Of a stretch of 64,000 nt of DNA, positions 45,240-53,009 are shown piece by piece (the first letter of the stretch is position 1; each line of letters starts with the position of its first letter). The notes beneath the pieces are model-generated. The model was given only the letters and a program-made list of their open reading frames with translations, ran no database searches and was not told the origin of the DNA. The stretch covers positions 33,887-97,886 of the forward strand of contig JAGORV010000001.1 of the NCBI GenBank assembly GCA_018062625.1, in the 5' to 3' direction. Source of the stretch: Candidatus Woesebacteria bacterium. GTDB taxonomy: Bacteria > Patescibacteriota > Microgenomatia > UBA10105 > UBA927. A program made the position numbers and the translations under genes.

Positions 45240-45380
45240 TAAGTACTTGTATCTATGAACACCTTTTCTTTGATCAGTAAGAAAGCGAAGAAACAATCCC
45301 AAACCGGGAGAGGTGCTTGTGGAATAACATAAACAACTAGGCAATATTCACATAACACCCCTCTCAGGAGGGGTTTTTTT
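45240..45380 (+). promoter_or_regulatory. untranslated leader with a terminator/antiterminator alternative (attenuator or riboswitch-like), class unknown
   Basis: Intrinsic terminator CCCCTC-tcag-GAGGGG plus T7 (45358-45380), 18 nt before the ATG at 45399. GGGAGAGGTG (45306-45315) can pair either with CACCCCTCTC (45356-45365) or with CACCTTTTCT (45260-45269). A 25-codon uORF spans 45255-45332. Confidence 0.5.
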
Positions 45381-45398
45381 GTGGGCGAAAGGATATAT

Positions 45399-46505
45399 AT
45401 GAGCGTAGAAATACAAGAATCAAATGGGGTAAACGAAAGCATGGCGCGGTCAGGCGTGTCTTTGCGTGGAGATAACAGAGGATATTTACAGTCTGATTTT
45501 GGCGTTTTGGATAATCTTTCTGTTATCAGACGTGCAAATAATCTCGCCGAGCGAGTGATTGCGCAACAGCGGCGAGGGGTCACTCGTACCGTGGGGCGAT
45601 TCCTAGTGCCAGAAGGATTGCTCCCTGCGATTGCGCGAGACGATCAGTTGCGAGGCGTTGTCGAAACTGTGTTTCCTACTTCCTTGCGGCTATCCCAGAC
45701 TGGTGAGCGCGTTATGGTACTTATGGGTGCCAGAAACCATGAGTCGCGAACAAGTAGTGTGCCTGTGTCTGAAATGACGCGACTTGTGCAAGCGGATCAG
45801 GATTATCGACGCATGAGACCCATAAACCTAGCAGAACGAATAGCGAGTTTACGAAGAGATGGGTATCAATTTATCTCACAAATTCCTCAGGAGTTTGTAC
45901 CCGCGGTTCATAACCTATGGAGGTCGACATTCGGTTGGGAGTTACAAGGGGTTGCAATGCGAGCTATGGATTTAGAGAGGCAGTCACGTGCGGCATGTCG
46001 TGAAAAAACTGTTTGGTTTAGTGGGCTTATAAATCCTCAGGGTGATTTAGTCGCCGTGGCTACCGCAGAACGAGCGGATATGAGAGTGGGAAATGGTTTG
46101 CCTGCGGTCCCCCTTGTCGAGACATCCGAATGGAGTAGTAGAGATTCAGGGAAAGGCTACATGGCCGCGACCAATGCACATATATCCGCACAAATATTGG
46201 AAGATTTATCTGGGGTGCTCCCGAGTCCTACCATCTTTGCTGAAACAAACTTTACTTCTCGAGCTCATAGGGTGGGATTGGCTTCTGGTATGGAGATTGC
46301 GCCACGAAATATCCATGGGCTTGCCGTGCCACAAATCCTACAGCAACATGTGACGGTGGGAGATGGACACATACCAGAGGGCTTGAGGAGTTTCACTCCT
46401 ATGTTTGTGTCAGACGAGGCGAAAGCAAAACAATTTAACCCAGAAGCAAGGCAAATCATACTGTCGCATATAAAACCAGAAGTTACAGAAGGAGGTAGTA
46501 TATGA
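45399..46505 (+). CDS. protein with an unknown ~150-aa N-terminal region and a GNAT-like acetyltransferase C-terminal half
   Basis: 368 aa. PLVETSEWSSRDSGKGYMAATNAHISAQILE matches GNAT motif A (R-x-x-G-x-G after a beta strand). SD AAAGGA lies 5 nt upstream of the ATG at 45399. Confidence 0.45.
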   Translation: MSVEIQESNGVNESMARSGVSLRGDNRGYLQSDFGVLDNLSVIRRANNLAERVIAQQRRGVTRTVGRFLVPEGLLPAIARDDQLRGVVETVFPTSLRLSQTGERVMVLMGARNHESRTSSVPVSEMTRLVQADQDYRRMRPINLAERIASLRRDGYQFISQIPQEFVPAVHNLWRSTFGWELQGVAMRAMDLERQSRAACREKTVWFSGLINPQGDLVAVATAERADMRVGNGLPAVPLVETSEWSSRDSGKGYMAATNAHISAQILEDLSGVLPSPTIFAETNFTSRAHRVGLASGMEIAPRNIHGLAVPQILQQHVTVGDGHIPEGLRSFTPMFVSDEAKAKQFNPEARQIILSHIKPEVTEGGSI

Positions 46506-47509
46506 TCGTTGTTTATCCATCTCGTCATGTACGACATCGTCCGCCAAATGAAATATTTAACGGCAATCGCGACCCGTTTGCTGAGGTGCCTGAGCGGATA
46601 GAAAATATTAAAGCAGCGCTTGAGCCCCTAGAGGGCATGCGGTTTATTCTCCCGCAACGATTCCCACTGTCGTGGGTAGAGCGAGTGCATAATCCAGCTT
46701 ATGTAAGCTATATAGCAGAAGCAGGTCGTGCGGCTAAATCTACCTATGTATACCCGTCGGTATTTCCTTATGGAGAAAATCAGTTTACTTCTCAGGAAGT
46801 TGGGTTGCGTGGTATGTATAGTTTTGACATGTATACACCCATAAGTAGTGCGACCTATGAAGCGGCACGTGGATCAGCTATGGCAGCGCTTACCGCTGCA
46901 TCGCATGTGCGTCGAGGTGAGCGCGTGGCATATGCACTCTGCAGGCCTCCTGGGCATCATGCAGAGCGAGCTCGAATGGGTGGGTATTGTTACTTCAATA
47001 ACGCGGCAATTGCAGCGGAATACCTAAGCTGCAGAGGAAAAGTATGTGTCCTTGATATCGACGTGCATCATGGAAATGGAACGCAGCATATTTTTTACGA
47101 ACGAGATGATGTGATGGTGGTAAGTATTCACGGAGATCCAGATTCGCTGTTTCCTTATTTTTCAGGACGAGCAAGTGAGACTGGAAAAGGAAAAGGGTTA
47201 GGATATACGGTGAATTTTCCATTGTCATTGCATACGTCTGATGATGTTTATGATATCGCGCTTCGAGCTGCGCTCGCTCGCATAGTAGCTTTTGCCCCAG
47301 AGTATCTGGTGGTGTCTGTGGGATATGACGCGCATACAGATGATCCTATCGGAAGGTTTGATCTATCGACTGCATATTATGCGCATATGGCAGGCGCTAT
47401 AGCTTCACTTGGGTTACCAACGGTACTTATCCAAGAAGGCGGATACAACACTGCCATGTTGGGGCAAGTAGCGAAAACATTTGTAGAAGGGTTTGGGTCC
47501 GTAAAATAG
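46502..47509 (+). CDS. histone deacetylase-family amidohydrolase (AcuC/acetylpolyamine amidohydrolase-like)
   Basis: CRPPGHHA (His-His dyad), DIDVHHGNGTQ, VGYDAH..D and QEGGYN (catalytic Tyr) are all intact. It overlaps the upstream gene by ATGA, and GGAGG lies upstream. Confidence 0.85.
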   Translation: MIVVYPSRHVRHRPPNEIFNGNRDPFAEVPERIENIKAALEPLEGMRFILPQRFPLSWVERVHNPAYVSYIAEAGRAAKSTYVYPSVFPYGENQFTSQEVGLRGMYSFDMYTPISSATYEAARGSAMAALTAASHVRRGERVAYALCRPPGHHAERARMGGYCYFNNAAIAAEYLSCRGKVCVLDIDVHHGNGTQHIFYERDDVMVVSIHGDPDSLFPYFSGRASETGKGKGLGYTVNFPLSLHTSDDVYDIALRAALARIVAFAPEYLVVSVGYDAHTDDPIGRFDLSTAYYAHMAGAIASLGLPTVLIQEGGYNTAMLGQVAKTFVEGFGSVK

Positions 47510-47561
47510 TAGGGACAGATAAAACGGCATTTACTATCAAGGTATTGAGCATGAGAGAGAG

Positions 47562-49676
47562 ATGTACGATAATACAACCACTATGGCAACAATTGATGAA
47601 TTGAGAAAAACACGTATAGATAAGTTGGAAGCCCTTCGTAAGCTTGGTATAGATCCATATCCTGCTTCAGTGGTGCGAGACCAAACTGTTGTCCAAGCTC
47701 GGCAAATGGAAGGGCAAACAGTGGCCATAACTGGGCGCATCGTAGGAATGCGTGGACATGGCAAGCTTTCGTTTTGGGACGTGCAAGACGGAACTGAAAA
47801 AATTCAAATCGTACTCAAGGCTGATGTGTGTCAAGCCAAAGCGTTTAGCATTGTGTCATATTTTGATATTGGTGATTTTGTCGCAGTTCAGGGAGAAATT
47901 GGAAAAACGCAAGTTGGGGAGGTGTCTGTGTTTGCAGAAAATCTGCAGATGCTTACAAAAACATTACTTCCTCTTCCTGATCAGTGGCATGGTCTTAAAG
48001 ATGTTGAAGAGAGATATCGCAAGCGATATTTGGATACTATCCTCAACCGCGAAGTAAAAAATCGCTTAGAATTGAGAAGTAAAATTATAGATTCGATACG
48101 AGATTTTTTGACAGATAGAGGATATTTAGAGGTAGAAACGCCAACGTTACAACCTGTTTATGGTGGAGGATTTGCTCGTCCATTTTCTACTCATCATAAC
48201 GAACTTGATGCAAATTTTTACCTACGTATTTCAGATGAGATGTATTTAAAGCGCATGATTGTCGGAGGATTTGATGGTGTATTTGAGATTACCAAAGTTT
48301 TTCGTAACGAAGGGGTGGATCATGACCATAATCCTGAGTTTACTATGTTTGAAGCGCAAATCGCCTATAAAGATTATTTATTTGGCATGGATATAATCGA
48401 AGAAATTGTAGAACAAACAGCATTAAAAGTGTTAGGCAAAACAAAAGTTGATTATCAAGGTGTTGATATAGATGTTAAGCGGCCGTGGACGCGTTTGCGA
48501 ATGGTCGAATCAGTAGAAAAATATACTGGTATAGATCCTCTTTCATGGAAATCACTTGACGAAGCAAAGAGATCGCTTCAAACGATGGAAATTAGTCCTA
48601 ACAAGTTTAAAGAGCTTGATAAATTTCAGACAATTGGAGAATGTATCGCATTCGCATTTGAAGAAGTGGTTGAAGATAAACTTATACAACCGACGATAAT
48701 TTATGATTATCCTGTTGAAAATTCTCCTCTTGCAAAAAAATGTGCTGATCCTCGTTTTACTCAACGATTTGAGATGTTTGCTTTTGGGTCAGAGTTGGGG
48801 AACAACTATACAGAGTTGAACGATCCATTGGATTTACACAAGAGGTTTGTGCAAGAGAAGAAACGTGAAGAAGCTGGGTTCGATGAGGCGCATCAAACTG
48901 ATTATGATTATCTGACTGCAATTGAGCATGGATTTCCTCCTACATGTGGCATTGCCATAGGAATAGATCGACTTACTATGCTACTAACAAATGCAAAAAG
49001 CATAAAAGAAGTTATCGTATTTCCCACATTACGCCCTGAGGGAAAAGCTCCTCATGAAGAAAAACCTCATGTTGTTAAAGCACCATCTACTCAGATAAAT
49101 CCTGCGCATATAGTAAGCAAAGAGAAAGCAAAAGAATTACTTCACACACATACGCAAAATGAAAATCTTCGTCGACATATGTATGCAGTGGGATTTGCGA
49201 TGCGGGCGTTGGCAAATAAACTTGGTGGTGACCCAGACGTATGGGAAGCCATGGGACTTTTGCATGATGCAGATTGGGAAGAGACGAAAGATACACCAGA
49301 AGAGCATACGAAAAAAACGCTTGCATGGCTTGCTGACCTTGGGATTACAGACGGGCCCATTGTGCATGCACTCATGTCTCACAATAGTAAACATACGCAT
49401 TTAGCAGAGCTTGATGGTCTCATGGAGTGGGCGCTAGAAACAGTCGATGAGTTGACTGGCTTTATTGTGGCGGTAACTCTTATTCGTCCCGATAAAAAGC
49501 TCGAAACAGTAGAGATATCGTCCATTATGAAAAAATGGAAAAATAAAGAATTTGCCAAAGCAGTTTCTCGTGAGCAGATAGCTCAGTGTGAAGAGAGACT
49601 TGGTATATCACTTGAAGAGTTCATGCAACTTACCTTGAAAGCGATGCAGGAGCATCACGAAGAACTTGGATTGTAA
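47562..49676 (+). CDS. lysS: lysine--tRNA ligase (class II) fused to a C-terminal HD-superfamily hydrolase domain
   Basis: Residues 1 to ~500 contain an OB fold plus class II motifs (FRNEG, GIGIDRL). Residues ~515-704 contain RRHMYAV, LLHDADWE, HALMSHN and VDELTGFIVAV, the pattern of stand-alone COG2316-type HD proteins. Confidence 0.9.
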   Translation: MYDNTTTMATIDELRKTRIDKLEALRKLGIDPYPASVVRDQTVVQARQMEGQTVAITGRIVGMRGHGKLSFWDVQDGTEKIQIVLKADVCQAKAFSIVSYFDIGDFVAVQGEIGKTQVGEVSVFAENLQMLTKTLLPLPDQWHGLKDVEERYRKRYLDTILNREVKNRLELRSKIIDSIRDFLTDRGYLEVETPTLQPVYGGGFARPFSTHHNELDANFYLRISDEMYLKRMIVGGFDGVFEITKVFRNEGVDHDHNPEFTMFEAQIAYKDYLFGMDIIEEIVEQTALKVLGKTKVDYQGVDIDVKRPWTRLRMVESVEKYTGIDPLSWKSLDEAKRSLQTMEISPNKFKELDKFQTIGECIAFAFEEVVEDKLIQPTIIYDYPVENSPLAKKCADPRFTQRFEMFAFGSELGNNYTELNDPLDLHKRFVQEKKREEAGFDEAHQTDYDYLTAIEHGFPPTCGIAIGIDRLTMLLTNAKSIKEVIVFPTLRPEGKAPHEEKPHVVKAPSTQINPAHIVSKEKAKELLHTHTQNENLRRHMYAVGFAMRALANKLGGDPDVWEAMGLLHDADWEETKDTPEEHTKKTLAWLADLGITDGPIVHALMSHNSKHTHLAELDGLMEWALETVDELTGFIVAVTLIRPDKKLETVEISSIMKKWKNKEFAKAVSREQIAQCEERLGISLEEFMQLTLKAMQEHHEELGL

Positions 49677-50299
49677 TGAACAAACTTTTGATAGCCACCA
49701 CCAATCCCGGAAAGCTCGCAGAACTTAAGAGATTCTTGGTAGATATTCCAATTGAATTGGTGAGCCTGCGAGACGCGGGGATTACGGATTTTCCACAAGA
49801 AACGGGAGTTACATTTGAGGAAAACGCCATACTCAAAGCATCCTATTATGCGAAAGAGTCAAACCTTCCCACCCTAGCTGATGACGGTGGATTTGAGATA
49901 GATGCATTAGGCGGAGAGCCTGGGGTGAAGTCTCATAGATGGGTAGATAAAACTCGTGAAAGCTCTGACGATGAATTGATCGCATACACGATTGAGCGTA
50001 TGAGTCATGTGCCAGAAGGCGAGCGCAGTGCGCAGCTGAGACTAGTATTAGCTCTTGTGTTACCAGACGGACAGATTCATACAGCAGAGGCCAGTGTGCG
50101 CGGTGTAGTCCCACTCATTCCCACTGGGACTCGGAGTGAAGGGTTTCCATTCAGATCAATATTGTTTTTGCCAGAAATAAACAAATATTATAATCATGAT
50201 GAGCTTACCGATAGCGAAAATGATTTATATAATCATCGTAAAAGAGCATTAGATCAGCTTAAACCAATTATTCGTGCAGAGTTGACACAAGACGCGTAA
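49676..50299 (+). CDS. rdgB: dITP/XTP pyrophosphatase RdgB/HAM1
   Basis: LLIATTNPGKLAELK, DDGGFEIDALGGEPG and GFPF. The start overlaps the lysS stop (TAATG). Confidence 0.85.
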   Translation: MNKLLIATTNPGKLAELKRFLVDIPIELVSLRDAGITDFPQETGVTFEENAILKASYYAKESNLPTLADDGGFEIDALGGEPGVKSHRWVDKTRESSDDELIAYTIERMSHVPEGERSAQLRLVLALVLPDGQIHTAEASVRGVVPLIPTGTRSEGFPFRSILFLPEINKYYNHDELTDSENDLYNHRKRALDQLKPIIRAELTQDA

Positions 50300-50309
50300 C
50301 TCGTATAAT
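50282..50309 (+). promoter_or_regulatory. sigma-70-type promoter for the serS leader
   Basis: TTGACA (50282-50287), a 16-nt spacer, then TATAAT (50304-50309). It straddles the rdgB stop codon. Confidence 0.5.
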
Positions 50310-50314
50310 AAGGT

Positions 50315-50474
50315 ATAGAAAGGCATTTGAGGCGGAATTCCATCTGCCAAGCCGACAGGGGTAACAAACTTGTCCGGATAAGCCCGTAATCGCTATAAAT
50401 TAAGAACATGTTAGGGTGGCACCTGTCCGAAGATCATCGGACCCATAACACGCACATACGTTGCGTGTTTTTTA
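50315..50474 (+). promoter_or_regulatory. T-box-like leader upstream of serS
   Basis: T-box core AGGGTGGCACC (50413-50423) is followed by helix GTCCGA-agatca-TCGGAC and CC, giving an antiterminator-like bulge UGGC. Then comes the terminator AACACGCA...TGCGTGTT plus a T-run (50448-50474). AGAAAG and several stem-loops lie upstream, and SD AGGAGA precedes the ATG at 50503. Confidence 0.6.
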
Positions 50475-50502
50475 TTGGTTATTTATAAAAAAAAGGAGAC
50501 CT

Positions 50503-51747
50503 ATGTTAGACATTAAATACATTCGAGAAAATTTAGAATTGTGTAAGCTCGCTGCAGTAAACAAAAATCGCGTGGTCGATTGGGATGAGTTGCTCAGATT
50601 AGATGATGCTCGTCGAGAGCTTATTACAAAATCCGATGCATTGCGTACTGAGCGCAATGAGGTTAGTAAAGTGCGTTCAGACGATTCAAATACCAGAGGA
50701 AAAGCAATCAAGGTCGAACTCAAGGAAATAGAAGATAGTCTACGTGAGGTTGAAGGGCAATTTAACGCAGCGATGCTTACTGTTCCCAATGTTCCCGACC
50801 CAAGTGTTCCGGTGGGTAAAGATGAAAGTGGAAACGTTGAGGTGAAAAAATGGGGAGAACCGGTTGCATTTGAATTTGCTGCGAAAGATCATATAGAGCT
50901 TTCAAGATCTTTGGATCTCATAGATTTTGATCGTGGTGCCAAGGTCGGCGGATCGCGCGCGTATTTTTTGAAAAATGAAGGCGCCATGCTTGAGTTGGCA
51001 GTGCTTATGTATACATTCCAAAAGCTAGTCGCAAAGGGGTATACACCACTGATCGCTCCAAGCCTGACAAAAGAATTTACTTTCTTTGGCGTAGGACATT
51101 TCCCATGGAGTCGTGACGAAGTGTATCACTTGCCTAAAGATGATGTATATATTTCAGGTACTGCAGAAGTGCCGGTCACTGCATACTACAGCGACGAGGT
51201 GCTTTTGGAAAAAGATTTGCCAAAGAAATTTGTAGCATTCTCTCCGTGTTTCCGAAGAGAAGCTGGAAGTTATGGTAAAGATACGAGAGGGGTCTATAGA
51301 ATACATCAATTTAATAAAATTGAACAAGTTATTATTGCACCTTCAGAAACGAACAACTCTCTTACTCTACATGAGGAATTGTTGGCCAATTCTGAAGAAG
51401 TTTTGCAAGATTTGAAATTGCCATATCGGGTACTACTTATGTGCACTGGCGATATGGGGGAGCCACAAGTGAAAAAATATGATATTGAAACATGGATGCC
51501 CGGACGCGGTGGGTATGGAGAAACCATGTCTGATTCATTTATGGGCGATTTCCAAGCACGAAGACTCAAAATTCGATACAAGGCAAAAGACGGTAGTACG
51601 AAGTTTTGTCATACGCTTAACAATACGGCGATTGCTTCGCCACGTATTCTTGTGGCCATCATGGAAAACTATCAACAGGCAGACGGATCTATCCGTGTTC
51701 CTGATGTTTTAGTACCATTTGTTGGTAAGAAAGAAATTAGACGCTAG
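50503..51747 (+). CDS. serS: serine--tRNA ligase
   Basis: MLDIKYIRENLE, a coiled-coil N-arm, and class II motifs (FRRE, TLNNTAIA). The start was moved to 50503. Confidence 0.9.
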   Translation: MLDIKYIRENLELCKLAAVNKNRVVDWDELLRLDDARRELITKSDALRTERNEVSKVRSDDSNTRGKAIKVELKEIEDSLREVEGQFNAAMLTVPNVPDPSVPVGKDESGNVEVKKWGEPVAFEFAAKDHIELSRSLDLIDFDRGAKVGGSRAYFLKNEGAMLELAVLMYTFQKLVAKGYTPLIAPSLTKEFTFFGVGHFPWSRDEVYHLPKDDVYISGTAEVPVTAYYSDEVLLEKDLPKKFVAFSPCFRREAGSYGKDTRGVYRIHQFNKIEQVIIAPSETNNSLTLHEELLANSEEVLQDLKLPYRVLLMCTGDMGEPQVKKYDIETWMPGRGGYGETMSDSFMGDFQARRLKIRYKAKDGSTKFCHTLNNTAIASPRILVAIMENYQQADGSIRVPDVLVPFVGKKEIRR

Positions 51748-52927
51748 GTGACGCGTGATATCGTGATTGTATGCGCAGTCCCAATGGAAGCACAAATAGG
51801 ACTCCTATGATTCCTAAAAACGTGTACATTGCTTTGACTCCACCAAATGTGTCCATGACATAACTTGATATAATTGTTGTTGCTACTACGGCAAGGGCTA
51901 CCAGCATAGAGAGTGTTGAAAGCGCCGTTGCGCGATTTTGTGAAGAGTAATGTTCGTTTACATATCCCCCGAGAACTACCCATCGAGCACTTGAAGCAAA
52001 GATAGATACACCAACGGCGATAGCCGCAAGCTCTTTTGTGAGTACCAATCCTGGAAGATAGCAGAGAATAATTATGATTGGAAAAAAGAGATACACACGA
52101 TGTTTAGTGATGAGTGTTTTTAGATGAAGCGCACCAAATAATACCGTACTGTTTAGCACGCGAACGACCGCGACGATGATGCCTATTTGAAATGTCGTAT
52201 ACCCAATAGTCGTAAGAAGTGAGGTATTAAACATCATCATTGCAGACCATGTGATTCCGCCGACACCTATATAAAAGAGTGATATATCACGGACGTATGG
52301 CGACTTAAATAACTCAGAAAAGCCATTACGAAATTGTTTGAGGTATCGGGGTATCGTGAACTTTTCTGTATCTATGACAGGTTCTATAAACCAGAAACTC
52401 ACGATAAGTCCTACTATTTCTGCAAGCACAGAGGCTCCTATCGCAACTCTATATCCAAGTATACTTAGTGTTCCACCTAAAAATATTGCAGTAGCAAAGG
52501 ATAATTGAAAGATAAGCGATGCTTTTGAGGCAATTTTCGCATAGTGAGTATGCCGGTTATCAGTTTTTAATGAATCATAAACCAATGCATCTTTGGCGCC
52601 TGAGACAAACGAATCACCTATACCACTTATGATAGCTACAGCGATAAGCGTTTGAAAATTGGTGGAGTACATATACAGAAGTATGCCAAAGATAGAGATC
52701 AATTTTCCAATAATTATTGATGTACGTTTTCCTAAAAGGTCTGCGATCGCTCCCGTGGGGAGTTCTGACAACAGTTGTGCAGCTTGCTTTACCGAAACTA
52801 CAATAGCAACCTGTGAGAGAGTTATAAATTGCAACTCATACGCCACCCATACAGGCATATGAAAAATAAGTCCCGATATGGACTCTGTAATATAAAATAT
52901 TTTTTCGTTGCGGATCGAAATGCTCAT
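51737..52927 (-). CDS. MFS transporter
   Basis: 396 aa with 12 predicted TM helices and a GxxxDxxGRR-like motif (GAIADLLGKR). Confidence 0.8.
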   Translation of the reverse strand: MSISIRNEKIFYITESISGLIFHMPVWVAYELQFITLSQVAIVVSVKQAAQLLSELPTGAIADLLGKRTSIIIGKLISIFGILLYMYSTNFQTLIAVAIISGIGDSFVSGAKDALVYDSLKTDNRHTHYAKIASKASLIFQLSFATAIFLGGTLSILGYRVAIGASVLAEIVGLIVSFWFIEPVIDTEKFTIPRYLKQFRNGFSELFKSPYVRDISLFYIGVGGITWSAMMMFNTSLLTTIGYTTFQIGIIVAVVRVLNSTVLFGALHLKTLITKHRVYLFFPIIIILCYLPGLVLTKELAAIAVGVSIFASSARWVVLGGYVNEHYSSQNRATALSTLSMLVALAVVATTIISSYVMDTFGGVKAMYTFLGIIGVLFVLPLGLRIQSRYHASPSV

Positions 52928-53009
52928 AGTATGTTTGTCATGGTCTTAGAAACGTAGTTATTATATTCTACCTGCATCTGTATTAGAATATGCGTGCAAT
53001 ACGCACTCT

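Noticed and set aside
45296-45316. The string CCCAAACCGGGAGAGG resembles the 3' end of the guanidine-I (ykkC) riboswitch consensus (..GCCCGGGAGA).
   Set aside because: The other conserved ykkC blocks (CTAGGGTTCCG, GGTCCGAGAG, ACGG) are absent from the leader. I treat this as a coincidence pending a covariance-model scan.
45059-45583. A 174-aa minus-strand ORF spanning the greA 3' end, the intergenic region and the GNAT gene start.
   Set aside because: It runs straight through two intrinsic terminators and a promoter, and it overlaps two well-supported plus-strand genes. It is most likely a chance open frame.
45399-47509. An impression that the GNAT/HDAC genes form a GC-richer, horizontally acquired island.
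   Set aside because: Hand counts on single 60-nt lines gave 35/60 G+C at 45601-45660 and 27/60 at 46981-47040. The flanking core genes are similar: greA at 44761-44820 gave 37/60 and lysS at 47701-47760 gave 33/60. Only membrane-protein genes such as 5581-5640 are much lower (19/60). No compositional island can be claimed without a proper sliding-window calculation.
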